Source of the DNA: Leucoraja ocellata
Taxonomy: Eukaryota
Direction: 5' to 3'
DNA length: 64,000 nt
NCBI GenBank assembly: GCA_036785375.1
Contig: JAWMAR010000067.1
Location: 3,410,001-3,474,000 of the forward strand
The number at the start of each line of letters is the position of its first letter. Position 1 is the stretch's first letter. The position numbers were made by a program, and so were the translations under genes. Shown here piece after piece: positions 27,975-42,342 of this stretch. Under the pieces are notes generated by a model. It did no database searches and was not told the DNA's origin. It saw only the letters and a program-made list of their open reading frames with translations.

Positions 27975-28950
27975 TTTGATTGGGTTTTTGAAGGTAGGCT
28001 GTTCTGGACGGTTCAATCATTGGGATCCAAGGAGAATTAACCAACTGGATAAAGAATTGGCTTCATGATAGTAAGCAGAGGATGATGGTGGAAGATTATT
28101 TCTCGGACTGGAGGCCGGTGACTAGTGATGTGCTTCAAGGATCGGGGCTAGGCCCATTGTTGTTTGTCAACTATATAAGAATTTGTCTCGAAGGGCCGAA
28201 TGGCCCACTCCTGCACCTATTTTCTATGTTTCTATGCTTCTATGAATGAGAATGTACAAGGCATGATTAGTTTGTTTGCAGACTATATAGATGATGGCAG
28301 ATGATAAAAGTGAGGTGTGGCATTTCAGGATGTCAATCAAAGGCAGGACTTGTGTGATGAATGATGGGGCCCTGGCAAGTATTGTAGAGCCGAGGGATCT
28401 AAGAGTACAATTACATAGTTCCCTGAACCTGACATCGCAGATGATAGGTGGTGAAGGCTTTTGGTACATTGGTCTTCATTAGTAAGAACATTTAGTATAG
28501 AATTTGGGGCATTTGCGTTACAGTAGCACAACATGTTGGTAAGGCCACAGAGAGTATTGTGTTCATTTCTGGTCACCCTGCTACAGGAAAGATGCCATTG
28601 AACCAAGTATTGAGAAGATTTATGAGGATGTTGTCAGGACGCCAAGGCCTTAAATGCAAGGGAGGCTGGGCAGGCTAAGACTTTATTCCTTGGCGCACAG
28701 GAGGCTTAAGAGTGGTCTTATAGAAGTGCATAAAATCAAGGGGGAAATAGATAGGTGAATGCCAAAGGAAGTAGTTGAGGCAGGTATAATAACAACATTT
28801 AAAAGACATTTGTACAGGTACATAGATAGGAAAAGTTGAGAGGTATAATGGCCAAACATGGGGCAAATGCAACTAGCTTAGATAAGGTATATTGATTGGT
28901 ATGGCCAAGTTGGATTGAAGGGCCTATTTCTATGCTTTATAACTATGACT
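27975..28950 (+). mobile_element. Decayed CR1 LINE
   Basis: Degenerate RT-region and 3' sequence, with a tiny second CR1 3' tip inserted at ~28185-28243. Confidence 0.75.
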
Positions 28951-29839
28951 GCTCAGTACCTTCTCTATCAACCTGCAATAAAGCCTAAAATCCAGTCAAG
29001 TGATTTAGCCTCAGCATCTTTTTACGAAAGTTAGTTTCCAAATTCCACTGCCTCTTTATGAAGAATTATTTTCTGAAACCACTCTTAATTTTAAGGTAAT
29101 AGGGGCTTGATCAGGACTGTAGAAGCAAAAAGCTGCAGATGCTGGATATCTGAAATAAAAAATAAAATGTCGGAATGCTCGGCAGATTTGGCAGCATCTA
29201 AGCTTCTCCAGCACCAGAAGTAACACTTTGGGTCAATGGCATTTCTTTGAATCTAATCAAACACCATCACTAAGTTCGCCATTGGAACAGTTGATTCGTC
29301 AAGTTCCATTTCTTGGAAACCAGTTTAGGAGAACTGACAAAGTGAAAGTGCAGATTAGCAAAATGGTTGTGATAAATTGAGGCTGTCAGCAAAAGCTGTG
29401 TATGCAAAAATAACAGTATACCTCCTGTTAGAATTAGAACGGGAAAATTGGGACAAGGTCAAAACTGAATGCTCTTTATCTGAATGCACTGCGTATTTGT
29501 AAGAAGGTAGAAGAATTAATGGAACTAATAGATATAAATGCTTACAATCCAATAGCCAATGTGATACGTGTCTGCAACGTGAAATAGGTTGAAAACTATA
29601 TATTCCAGTAGCTTTAATTTTCAGAAAGGAACTGGCAAATGGAAAAGGAAGCAGGACAGCCTTGATGTGAAAGAATGGGATAAAGAATCTTTGTCCACAA
29701 AATCAAGGAGTCGAATCAGTTTGGGCAGAGCTAAGCAATTGTGAGGAGCCGAAAACACTGTAAATTCCCAAAGAGTAATAGTAATTCAGTAATAATATAA
29801 ATTAAGAAATTATGGGTTATTACATGCAACAAGATTATT

Positions 29840-30800
29840 ATACTGTGAATCAGCGTACAGGAGAGGGATAGAGCACCTGGATGAGTGGTGCTATAACAAG
29901 AACCTCTCGCTCAGCACCACCAAAACCAAGGAACTAATTGTTGACTTCAGAAAGGGATAATTGAGAGGTTACTTGCTAATTTTCATTGGTGGGTCAGCAG
30001 CGGGAGTTAGCATTTTCAAAACCCTGTGCATTATCATCGCAGATGATCTGTCCTGGACTCAGCACATAGATGTCATCACAAAGACGGTCCCACCACTTTC
30101 TTGGAAGTTTAAATAAATTCCGTATGACATGACTGGCATGTAAGAGGCTGCAGAGGGTGGTGAACTTAGCCCGTCACACCGTTGGGTTCTGCCTGTCTCA
30201 CCATTGACGGAATCAACATAAGGCACTGCTACACGAATAAGGATTATAAAGAACCCACAATATTTGGACCATGCCCTCTTCTCACTGGTACCATCAGGCA
30301 GGAGGTGCAGAACCCTGAAGTTCCACACCAGTAGCTTCAGTTCCTACAACAATCAGGTTCTTGAGCCAACCTGCACAACCCTAATCCTACCTCAGCAATG
30401 GAACACCGTGGACCACCTCATGCACTAGCGAGGAATTTTAATTCTGTTTTTGCAGTCTTTCTTTTCACTGTCTTGTGTAATTTTTTGTTTCTTGTTTTGT
30501 CTGAGTGTATGTGCCTGTGATGCTGCTCCAAATATAATTTTCATTGCAAACAAAAAGTGCTGCAGTAAATCAGCGGGTCAGGTAGCAAAGGTAACATTGG
30601 TGAACATGGATAGGTGATGTTTCAGGTCGAGACCCTCCTGCAGAAAGTAGTCCAAGGTGTTCAATTGCCCTGACCCGCTGAGTTACTCCAGCACTTTGTA
30701 TCCTTCTGTGCATTAACCAGCATCTGCAGTTCTTTGTTTCTACAATATTTTCATTGCACCTCTACCTCACCATACTTGTGCATATAACAATAATCTTTAC
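29840..30800 (+). mobile_element. Old Rex1/Babar fragment containing an inverted hammerhead-type element (~30549-30746)
   Basis: aaaaccaaggaactaattgttgacttcag (KTKELIVDF) and LVPSGRR-like C-terminus. The nested unit is flanked by attttcattgca repeats. Confidence 0.7.
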
Positions 30801-31983
30801 TTAACTTTCTTTCCATTGACAGATAGACAAGACAAATCAAACTGGAAGCATTGCAGCAAAGATAAATTCAAGGATCGCATAGAGCCTTTACAGCCCTTTA
30901 AATCATTATGTTGAGGAATCAACAAGGGCCGTGGCTATTTTAGGTACAGTACTGTGTAAAGAGAAATATGAACCTGAATAGTTAAAGAGCCTTTAGGGAA
31001 CAGCAACCAAATATGATAAATTTATTTAAAATGTTCTGGTTCAATTGAAAACAATGATTTTCAATCTAAATAAAGCAAACTACAAAGACAAGATGGATGA
31101 TTTCAATAAGGGGCAGAAGGCTTCTGTGATACTTTCATTGGCTGGGCCTTAGAATAAAAGAGCAGGGAGATTACGTCTAGAGATGGTGCCTGACTCACTG
31201 AGTTATTCCAGCAGTTGTGTTCTACACAAATTTATAAATCATTGTTTAGGTCACAACTGATACAATAGACTGTCTTCAATTCTTATTGCCGTATTATCAG
31301 AAAGTTGTGATTGCACTGGAAATGGTGAAGAGGAAATTCACTAGGATGTTGCCTGGGATTGAAAGGTTCATTTATAAGGAAAGGCTAGATAGGTTGGGTC
31401 TGTTTCTCCTGGAGTGGTGGAGGCTGGGAATGGGTAACTAATAGAGGTATACAAAAATAATTGAGTTGTAAGAAAGTGTACCCCTTAGGAGAAGTACCTA
31501 AAATACAAGGGATGGGTTTAAGGTAAGGTGTACGATGTTACAGGGAAGAACGTTTTCTCCTGGAGCTTGGTTAACATCTGGAATGCACATTTGGGTGGCT
31601 ATTGAAGACAAATACTTGAGAAGTACCTAGATAAGCACTTGAATCGCCAAGTACTGGTAAATGGAATTAGTGTAGATAGATACATGATAATTGGCATGAA
31701 CATGATGAGCCAAAGGCACTGTTTCTGCGACATATGACTCCATTTAAATAATGAATACATAGTTTGCAAATTGCCTTAAGGCAAAAAAAAAAGTGGCAAG
31801 AGAAGTTAAAGGAAATATTAACTTAAAAGTCAAGGTTTATAATGCTGTCAAAGGAGTAGGCCTGAGGATTTAAAAAAAAATCAGTCTTCAGCAAAGACCA
31901 AAGCATTGATAAGGAAATAAAAGGTAAAATAAAATAAGTCAATAAGAAAAGCAAGAATTGACTGTAAAAATTAGAGACTAAAA

Positions 31984-32171
31984 GTTTAAGAAGGAACTGC
32001 AGATGCTGGAAAATCAAAGGTAGACAAAAATGCTGGAGAAACTCAGCGGGTGAGGCAGCATCTATGCAGCGAAGGAAATATGCGATGTTTCGGGCCGAGA
32101 CCCTTCTTCAGTTCTTCTCCATAGATGCTGCCTCACCCGCTGAGTTTCTCCAGCATTTTTGTCTAACTTAC
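31984..32171. mobile_element. Inverted-pair Penelope-derived short element with TSD
   Basis: The left arm (ctggagaaactcagcgggtgaggcagcatctatg) is mirrored by the right arm (catagatgctgcctcacccgctgagtttctccag). Flanked by agactaaaa. Confidence 0.75.
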
Positions 32172-33135
32172 AGACTAAAATGTTTGTTTTTTGCAAGACT
32201 GTAAAACCTTCTATAGATTAGTAAAATTAAAAAGATTAGCTGAAAGTGATGCGAGTCCCTTGCAGACTGAGATAGGCGAACTTATACAGGGGAATAAAGC
32301 AACGGCTGGGACACATAAAATCTTCCAGAAACATTGGAGGTCTACAGGTCCAGGATAAATGAAAGGGTAAAGGCCATTTGCAATGGTTAAAAAAAGTATT
32401 GCGGAAATTAAAGGAGATAAATGTCTAGGCCTCGATGACCTAGATCCAAAGATTTTGAGATGCTGGATGCACGACTTGTCATCTTCCAAAATTTCATAAA
32501 CTCCTGAATAGATCACACACATTAAAAGGTGGTAACTATAAATATGCTACATTATTTATGAAAAGGAAGCAGAGGATGTCAGACCAGTTAGTCTAACATC
32601 TGTTAGAAAAAAATATGCAATCTGTTTTCAAAGAAGACATAGGGTATTAGAAAATAGTAAATGAGGCACAGTCAATGTAGATTTATAAGGGCAAATCACA
32701 TTTCATAAATCTATTGAAATGCTTTGAGGTTGTAACTAGTAGAATACAGATTGAACTAGTCGTTGGACTTTAAGAAGGTCTTTAAAAAGGTTATACATGA
32801 TAATTTAAGACACAATTAGAGTGCATAGGATTGGGACTAATTTTGTGGTGTGGACTGCGGGACTGGTTAATATTCAGAAAACAATGAGTATGGAACAGTT
32901 GGAAGGACGATGGTGATTCGTAGGGTACTGTAAGCATTATTTGGCATCTTGCCCAGCAAGGGCATTGTGGGCCGAAGAGCATGTTCCTGCGCTGTACTAT
33001 TCTATGTTGCTCTATTGATCTTACCCGCTCTCCACTCTGCACTGGACCACTTGGACAATAAAAACACTTATGTCAGGCTGTTGTTTATTGACTACAGCTC
33101 AGCATTCAATACCATCATCCCCTCCAAGCTGGTTA

Positions 33136-36100
33136 TGCGAGGAGGTGTGATGTTTCGGAGCTCTCATCCAAACACAAGAACTAGTGTGTTAAAACATATT
33201 TTGGAATTCGGAGGAGGCACAGCGGTACATTTAAACATCTCTGTGTATTGCTGCGTCATTGCAGACTTGTTTTAAAGTTTCTGCTTGTTTTTGGGACTGC
33301 GAGCAATCTTATCAACGAACTGTTGAGCTCCCACAACTGCTGGCAACCTGCCAGGAACTGCGGTTCACCAAAAGGGAAGAGAAAATCTTTCTGGACTTTA
33401 ACACCTACGTCCAGAACAACCCCCCTTACTGCCTCGTCGGTGCTGTCCGGGCCGGTCTTGCTTTCGTGTGGTGTGGGAGGTTTTCTGCACCTGCATCGTC
33501 TTGACCTTTTTCTGCGGCCTTGGAGCCTGGAGCTGAAGACTAAGCCTCCTTTCACTCGGCAAAACCGATGGAGATAAGAGGCTACCAAAAACAAGACTGC
33601 AAGCAAGTCCCTTTTGTTGCTGTAGGAGTGGTGAAGAACAGCTGGGATTGCCTGCGAAGTTCAGCAGCTCACCAGGAAATGCAGGAGAGCCGAGAGAGCC
33701 AGGCGGAGGTGGTGACACAGCGGTTTTTCGGGGAAACCGTCATTATCAAGGTTCGAGGCGACATCACTTGCCTCCCTCCCTTGAACTGTTCCATTTGTTT
33801 TTGTGTTTGAACTTGGCCTAGTGCCATTTGGACTCTCTGAGTCAGTGTGTTGAAGTGCAATGTTTTAAATTGTAGTGCTTGATACCATACAGGGTCAGTG
33901 TTCTGGGGGAGCAGGGCCTTCCAGGAGCTATGCAAAGGTGGCTGCTTCAGCTGCTTCGGCTGCTCCTCTGGGGGCCCGGTTCTCCATGAGGAGCCTGCCT
34001 TTCGAGCATGGTATAAGGTGTTACTTGCCCCCTCATATGAACCTGGAGGACTGCACAGCTGTTGTGGCCCTGGCGGCGAAGCCCGAAGGCGTCCTGTACG
34101 TTGGCAGGATGTTTGGGATGGCCGTGTTCGTCCTCAAGTCTGTTGAGGGGGTGAACACGGCCGTGAGTAAAGGGATCTCAGTGGGTGGAACATTCCTGCA
34201 GGTCGAGCCCTTGGCGACCACTGCGCAATGAGTGGTCCCGTCCAATGACCCTGCATCACAAATGAGGCCATCCTTCCCCACCTTCACACCCTGGGGAAGG
34301 TACTCACGGACATCACCCTGATATCCCAGGGGTTCCGCAGGAAGGAGCTGCGGCACGTTCTTTCCCTCCAGTGCCAGCTGATGATGTTGCTGAACCGGGA
34401 GGAGGTAGTTGACGGGCGCTAATGTGTCCAGTAGGATGGCCGCGATTTCACCATCAACTGGACATCGGAGCGCCCAAGGAGACATTCCTGTAAGAAAGTG
34501 GGGCATATTCGGAGGAATTGCCCCAAACCCCGGGCGGAGGCCTCCGCTTCCGGTGCCACTAGACCCTCTTCCCCACCCCTGTAGTTGAATCAGGGAACCC
34601 TGGGGTTGCGCAGAGCGTGAGAGGAGGTGGGGGGAGGGTCAAAAGAAGGGGGGCAAGGTGGCAAAGAAGATTAAACACATAGGGAACAATACTCCCAGAG
34701 ACAAGTACATTCCACCCATCCCATCACCTTGCATTAGGGAGTCTGCAAGCCCCACATTCCAGCCGGGGGCGGTGGGGATTGTGCGGGAGGAGGGGGTGCC
34801 GCAGAGGAAGGTTGCTCAGGTGACCCCAGAGTCTGTGAGCTCCTACCCATCGAAATCGAGAAGGAGGAATCTCTCTATGGAGGAGCGGAAGGGGGACGAA
34901 CGGGGATCCTCCAGGGAGGAGGGGAATACTGTGGCGGAGGAAGACTCCCGCCCTCTGGTTCGGGCCCCGGTCCCATGTTATGGAGGGGATTCTGGGGAGG
35001 GTGGCGATGGGGACCTCTCGGGTGTTATGGAGCAGGAGGAGATTCCTGTTGGGGAGGGAGTCCCACATCAGGCACTCGAGGAAGCCCAGGAGCAACACCA
35101 CCCAGGATGAGGCGCAGAGAACACCTCTGAATGTAGAGACTGTAGGCGGGGAAGGGGTTGGGGAAACCAGCCCTTCTCTCCCTCAGGACCTGGCTCCAGA
35201 GGGACTCCCTGAGTCTGGTGCACCAGAGTCCACTCTGGACCCAACTAGGGGAGAGAGGGATAGTCACCCCCACTGTTGATGGTCTTGATTCCCCAGGTAC
35301 ATTGGGGGAAGGCCCCTCTGCCACTGGTCCCAGGGATGGGATTGAGGTGGAGGAGAGACCAGCGGGTGGGGCAGAGGCAACCGCCGCACAGCGTGAGCTG
35401 GGAGTATCGGGCACTAAGGTTGTGTCCGGGGGTGGGGAAGGTGTCTCCACCTGCAGTGAGCAGGTGGAAGGAGACTCCTCGGACAATGAGTCAATGCGGC
35501 CTGTGAACTTACCATCAAGGGCTCACAGTCTCGACCAGCCCCGGCACGAGGTTCAATCGCTTGGTGCGGGGGAGCTGACAACCCCCCGATGCAGGAGCTG
35601 AACGCCTCGACGCGGACGACCCGAACTCTGCTGGCTACGGGAGTCCAGACCGTCCCGTCAACGGAGTGCTCAGAGCCCCCGACCGAGGAAGAAAAAAAGG
35701 AAGGACTTGAACTATATTTCACCTTCCATCACAGTGAGGAATGTGCAGGAGTAACTGTGGTGGATGTTCATGTTAAAATGGGTTTTTGAGTCTGGTGCTT
35801 TTAATTGTATGACTGACCTGGCCAGTGAAATTCCTCGTATGTTGCAAAACATACTTGGCGAATAAAATCTGATTCTGATTCGGATTCGGATGTTCTCGCT
35901 CTCCCCGATGCCACTCCACTCATTCCAGTGGAGGAAATCCGCAAATTCATCCAGGCCACCGATGGAGCCCAACATCGGCCCAGATTGGCCTCCCTCCGGT
36001 GGCCAGACCTACACGGTCTCACCAGCTCTCTGACCCTCATCCTCAGAAGGAGGGGGAAGGGCAAGGGGGTGAAGCGGAACGACCAGCGTCAGCTCAGGTC

Positions 36101-36602
36101 CTTCTTGGACGACCTGAAGAACGATGCCAAGACCAAGAGCAGTGTCGTTGTGGGTAGAGAGACCAGTAGAGTGTCCCTTGTAGCCAGGGTCCGGAGGACA
36201 AGGAGCACCGCCACGCCACCTAGGGTCCGTAGGGGAAGGAGTGGCTCTGCTGCCAGTCACCAAAGGACCGGTGATGGGATCTAGGGAATGGGCAGGGCTG
36301 AAGATGTCCTGGTTGGGTTGCTCTTAGGCCTGACCAAGCTGGCCATCCGCGAGTCACGGTGCCAAGTAGAAGAGGGCTGTGCCTGAGCCAGATGTTTTCC
36401 CTTTACCAGGGTTACGTCCGCGCCCGAGTGGTGTTGGAGAGGCTGGTGTTATCTGTAACATAGTTGTTTGTAATTTAATGTCTGAATAGTTTGGTGATTC
36501 TGTAATATGGTGGTGGGTATGTCACCACAGTTTTGGTATTTTTTGGCTTTTCTATCATGTTGAAAATTAAATAAATTATTATTTTTTGATACAAATAAAA
36601 GT
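33136..36602 (+). mobile_element. L1-Tx1 clade retrotransposon derivative: 5'UTR, decayed ORF1 and only the last codons of ORF2
   Basis: 7-bp TSD ctggtta (33129-33135, 36603-36609). ORF1 N-terminus HGIRC..LEDCTAVV..GRMFGMAVFVLKS..GISVGGTFLQVEPL; zinc-knuckle remnant CKKVGHIRRNCP (~34488). ORF2 tail EDVLVGLLLGLTKLAIRESR at ~36300; A-rich end. Confidence 0.85.
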
Positions 36603-36719
36603 CTGGTTACCAAGCTCACGGAACTGGGTCTCTGCGCATCCCTCTGCAATTGGATCCTCGACTACCTCATCCACAGACCACATTATGTTCAAATTGGCAG
36701 AAATATGTCACCCTTCACC

Positions 36720-36813
36720 GTCTGAAGAAGGGTCTCGACCCGAAACGTCGCCTATTTCCTTTGCTCCATAGATGCTGCCTCACCCAGCTGAATTTCTTCA
36801 GCATTTTTGTATA
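36720..36813 (+). mobile_element. Hammerhead-type short element with intact core
   Basis: gtctgaagaagggtctcgacccgaaacgtcgcc, flanked by ccttcacc repeats inside the Rex1 RT. Confidence 0.75.
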
Positions 36814-38498
36814 CCTTCACCCTCATTAACAATCAGTGCGGGAGCACCTCAAAGCTGCATGCTCAGCCCCCTGCTCTACTCACTCTATATTCATGAATGT
36901 GTAGCCGGACATAGTGCGAACTCCATTATCAAGCTCGCCGATGACACCACCGTTGTGGGATGAATTACAGATGGTGATGAGTCAGAGTTTTAGAAATGAG
37001 ATCGACCGATTGACCAAATGGTGCCAGCACAACAACCTGGCTCTCAATATCACTAAAACCAAAGAACTGATTGTGGACTTTGGAAGAGGAAGGATGAGGA
37101 TCCTCAATCCTGTTTATATCAATGGGACGGTGGTGGAGAGTCAAAAATTCAAATTCCTGGGCCCAGCACACTGATGCAATTATAAGGAAAGCACATCAGC
37201 GTCTCTACTTCCTGAGAAGATTACGGAGATTCGGTATGTCAAAGAGGATTGTCTTGAACTTGTACAGGTGCACAGTAGAGAGCATACTGACTGGTTGCAT
37301 CATTGCCCGGTTCGGCAACTTGAACGTTCAGGAGTGGAAAAGACTGCAAAAAGTTGTGAACACTGGCCATCACCGGCTCTGACCTCCCTACCATCAAAGG
37401 TATTTAACGGAATCGCTGCCTCAAAAAGGCAGCCAACATCATCAGAGACCTACACCATTCTGGCCTCACACTCTGGCCTACCACTGCCATCAGGAAGAAG
37501 GTACACGAGCCTGAAAACTGTGACATCCAGGTTCAGGAACAGCTTCTTCCCTACAGCCATCAGGCTATTAAACACTACAACCTCATATAAGCTCTGAACT
37601 ACAATAGACTATTATTATTATTATTATTGCACTATTTTGGGTTTTTTTGAGTATGTGTGTATATATATATAAATATAATGGGAGTATGTGTATATATACG
37701 CACTGAACTCTTTTCTCTCTTATTTATCATATCATACTATGTTTACATATTCTGTTGTGCTGCAGCAAGTAAGAATTTCATTGTTCTATCTGGGACATAT
37801 GACAATAAAACACTCTTGACTCTATTAGTGATTGCTCTCCAGCATCTGATAATCTGGAAGGCAATGATAAATTTGGATAAATTTGGATCAAGTGCAAAAA
37901 GGGCAAGTCCAAGTCCAAGCTTGCCGATGATACAAAACCATGTGGCAGTATAGGCAGTATAGATCAGAGAGTTACAAACAGAAAATGCTTGAAACACTCA
38001 ACAGGTCAGGCAGCATCTGTGGAAAGAAAAAAACATTAACATTTCAGGTGCAGTTGAGGATAACTGATAATCCTTGATCTAAATAGGGTTCTTGCACTTG
38101 TTTTTGTTAAAAAGCTTAGTATGGAAAACAATTGTTCAAAATTTAAGCAGAGGGAGGCAGGTGGCAATGAGTATGGTTTGTTTCCATTATTTCCCCTGAA
38201 GACATGAAACTTGATGAGTTTTGCTGATTCTATTCTGAGAGATGAGATTTGCATGTATTTTGAAATGCAAGGACTGATTAGGAATTGTCAGCATTACTTT
38301 GTGTGTGGGAAATTGTGTCTTGTGACTCATGTAGGGATTCTTGTCGTTTGTATTTCATGTTATTGGAAACCAATAATATGCTGCTCTGATTACTCTGTGA
38401 TACAGCTACCTAATATTAAGCTTGACATCGAGTCAGATGTAGTATTTTGTTCTAGAGATCAGATTCCATGTAATGAAGGCAACAAGACAATTACCTAC

Positions 38499-38563
38499 CT
38501 ATAAGTGATCGATTGAATTTGCTGGTTGGAATATCTGAGAAGGAATCCATTGCTTCAGTCACC
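38499..38563 (-). CDS. CLIP4: CLIP4 next coding exon (65 bp)
   Basis: tctgtag|G GTG ACT GAA...ATA G|gtaggt translates to (R)VTEAMDSFSDIPTSKFNRSLI(G). Phase 2 entry matches the upstream exon. It resembles the CLIP4 segment VTDSLDTLSEISSNKQNHSYPG (recalled). Confidence 0.88.
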
Positions 38564-40276
38564 CTACAGATTGAAACAGGTACAATATACTTACAGGAGA
38601 AACAATGTACAAACTAAAATATAAATTTATTCACACCTTAAAATTCAAGAACAATGTAGAGGCATTATAATGTTGACTTTCATCTTAACATTACACTTAG
38701 AATGTTAATGGGGCAGGAAAGATTAAGAAAGGACAGATTTGGAGCAAATGGTTGAAGGCACCACTTGAAATGTAGGTATGTTTTTCCAATAACTAGAAGA
38801 CAGAATGGTGCTCCATATTATTCTAGCTGATGAGTATGTATGATAGCAAATCTCCACCACACCCAGTGAAACCTGATAGGAAGTAAACCTAGCAACAGCT
38901 GGAGATGGGAACTTGAGAAAAACATAATCAAAACATTCATTGATGCTGTGCCCAATATAACAGGCAGCGTGCTCAGGAATATTCTGCTGTAAATCACCAC
39001 CATCAGCTGCATTCAAAAAGATTCCTAAATCCAAGCCTGCCTCCCAAAGAGTTATGATGGGACCTCCATCTCTCTTCTGTGCTAAATGAGTTCTTTGTGC
39101 ATTTGAGACGCACTTTCCAAATTTTTCTCACCATACTCTCACTGTGTGTCGTGCAGTCAGTATAAACAATCCTTTTTTTGTATGTGCAGCCTTAATGATA
39201 TCGTAAAAGTCCTTTTTTTTCTTAATTGTTGTACATGAGGTAAGGAATAAGCAATTAGAAATTAGCTCTGAATCTTTTCATTTCCTATAAAAAGATTATG
39301 TAAATGATTCATAATTGCCCAGAACAATCCATAAATGTCATCTAATTAAATAAGTACCTTTTCAGTGGTGATGGAATTTTAATCATCACTTTCAAGACAA
39401 TTTTGTCTTCTTAATAACTTCCTACAACGGTATCTAGTATAACATTGTCCCCAAGCTCTGGAATCATTTACAAAGGGCAGACTTTCTCCCCAAAGATTTT
39501 GGTGAATCAGGTTACCTTCCCTTAAAGGAAGACTTTTATTATGCACTTATCTACCAATATACTCAAAGTAGGAAACAGGAGCAGTCAGATTTACCAGCAT
39601 ATCAGTGCTGTCACAGCTACCACAATTAGCATCAATTTGCACACACTTATCCAGTAATTGTAATTTACTTTTAATTATTACATATATTTTTGGGCCCATG
39701 AGGTTGGAGCAAACAGATATTATACATCATAACGTCAGGCTGATGCATCAATAACGAGCTTAATGAAAGCTCTCTGATGGACCAATCAACACTAAATTAC
39801 CTTCCTTTGCTTCAAAATGTGATGACCTGAACAGGTGAGATAAACTTTCATGGTATAAACTGCATATTAACCGGTAAAACATTAGACTGAGAAAAATGCA
39901 GGTGCTACAAAGTAGCAATTACAAAGTTTATGATTTCCATATTCTTCATTAGTTTCAGAATAGTTCATAAAAAGGCTATATCGGTCATTGGAGATGAACA
40001 AATAGTAATATGTTACTTCTTTCACGCTAAATGCCTGGGTGCAATCTAAGAAGATAAGAAGCTGGAGTAGGTTTTACAGCCCTTCAAGCCTCTAGTATTT
40101 GATAAGGTTTGTGCCTAGTTCACTTTCCCACATGATTCTCATATCTCATACCACATAGTCATACTGCAAGGAAACAGGTCCTCGGCCCGCTTAGCCATGC
40201 CAACCAAGAAATCCCATCGGAGCTATTCCCATTTGCCTGCATTTTGTTCATATAGCTCAAACCTTTCCAATCCATA

Positions 40277-41025
40277 CAGGGTCGGAAATCCTGGGGGGTA
40301 AAGAGGGGACACGTCCCCCCCCCCCCATTCTTTGAGAGGTGAGGGACAATCCCCCCCATGTTTTGTCATCCGGACTTTATCAGCCGCTTTTTAAGGGCTG
40401 AATCGGCCCATTCGCGGGGCCTTTCAGTACCTGTCGCGGTTTAAAATCAAACTGCTGCACCGAGACGATCAAGGCTCCCGATGGTGAAGCCTCCGCCGGC
40501 TGATGAAAGACCCGTGAACGGGCCGATTCAAGCCCACAGCTGAAGCTTCGCATGCATCTCGCTCTCTCCTCCAGCCCAGCGCACTGCTTGACTCGGGGGC
40601 GATTCGGTACAGCGTGGAGTCAGCGCCCGATGAGCAGAGGGAACCGGGACCGGGTCACCGCCGCTGCTAGCAGGTACACAGAGAGAGAGAGAGAGGCCAC
40701 TCGGTCTGCGCGGTTGCTGCTCCCTCACAGCTGCATGGACACTGGTTTACATCCTGGCTCCAGCCGCTGTCTGTACAGAGTCTTTTTCTCCCCATTAGCA
40801 CCTTGTCTGATGTTGATCTCACCCTTGCTGCTGAACCGACTGAGCACCAGCACCAAGTGCTCACTCCACCACCTCTCTCGCTTAAGTTTATTTTGACAGT
40901 GAGTCTCCACAGGGCCCAAGGCTGAAGCCTGCGAAGCCTCGCGTGTGGGTGTGTGTGTGAGTGTGAGTGTGTGAGTGATTGCCACCCCGGTCCCCCCCAG
41001 GTTTTGATAGCGATTTCCGTGCCTG
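40277..41025. mobile_element. hAT-type non-autonomous DNA transposon inserted in a CR1 3' end
   Basis: Termini cagggtcggaaatc / gatttccgtgcctg; 8-bp TSD aatccata / aatccatg. Confidence 0.8.
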
Positions 41026-41129
41026 AATCCATGTACCTGTCCAAGTGCCTTTTAAATATTATGATTGTACCTGCCACAACTACCTCCTCTGGTAGTTCAT
41101 TCCATACAACCGGCACCCTTTGATTAGAA

Positions 41130-41919
41130 CAGGGCTGAACTCTCACTCATTGAGCGTGAGATTCACGCATTTAATAAAATCCTCACGCTGATCACAGAAT
41201 TTCGCACTCTCACATTTAAATAAATAAATAACAAAGTCACGAAGAATTCAATTAACTGAAGGCTTCCAGCTCTTCTCCACACTTACCAATGAGAATAGTT
41301 TTCTGTCGGCGGGTTTCCCGTAAAGAAAGACCAATTTGATTTGCTTAAGCCCATCGCACACTATTTAAAATGGCACGGTAGACAAAAATGCCGGAGAAAC
41401 TCAGCGGGTGAGGCAGCATCAATGGAGGGAAGGAATAGGCGACAGTTCGGGTCGAGACCCTTCTTCAGACTCAAGCATTTCTCCAGCATTTTTGTCCACA
41501 ACGTGTAGTTTCATCTAAACTAAGCTACACATTCCCATGCAGATAGTGTGATAGGTGGTCCCAGCACCGACTCCTGGCTGGAGCACTTCTCTCACCTCCG
41601 GCGGCTCTGTGTCCGTTGGCCGCTCTGTCCACACCCCATGGAGTTTTAACCCCGGCCCGGAGCCAGGAGCGAACCAAGTGAGTAGGGGCGTCGGTGCCGC
41701 CTCCAGAGCTGCGGGGATGAATCTCGGGCTAAGGCTCTGCTCCCGGAGCCCCGAGCCACCGTCCCTCGCCTCCCCCTGACCCCAGCTGGCCTCAGAGCAC
41801 CTGGGCTGGCCCGCATTCCCGGGGGGGGAAACGCTCCCCGGACATCGCCAACTCCGCTTACTCCGGGTGTTGTCGCCGCTAAACTGGCAGACACTCTCAC
41901 ACACAACCTAGCACACTCT

Positions 41920-41967
<48 letters not shown>

Positions 41968-42299
41968 CGCACCACACACACACACACACACACACACAAG
42001 GTTTAAAGGGATATGGGCCAAATGCGGATAAATGGGACTAGTACACCTCCCGCTGCCTTAGCAGGGCAATGAAGATCATCAAAGACAGCTCCCATCCTGC
42101 GTTTGGACTGTTCGACCTGCTGCCCTCTGGAAGGCGCTATAGGTGCATCAAATCCAGGACAAATAGACTCAGAAATAGTTGCTTTCCGAAAATTATAACT
42201 ACTCTTAATTCAAATTCACACATGCACTGACTTCACAGCCCAAGACCCGGACTTCCATCTGTATATATGTATATAGCGCCGCAGAATTGTGCACCTATC

Positions 42300-42342
<43 letters not shown>

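Larger units (their letters stand above)
33020..37820 (+). mobile_element. Rex1/Babar LINE interrupted by a Tx1 derivative and a hammerhead-type unit
   Basis: ALHSALDHLDNKNTYVRLLFIDYSSAFNTIIPSKLV (to 33135) continues at 36603. Then GAPQSCMLSPLLYSLY, KLADD, KTKELIVDF, KAHQRLYFLRRLRRF, RFRNSFFPTAIRLLN; 3' end gacaataaa..cttgactc. Confidence 0.9.
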
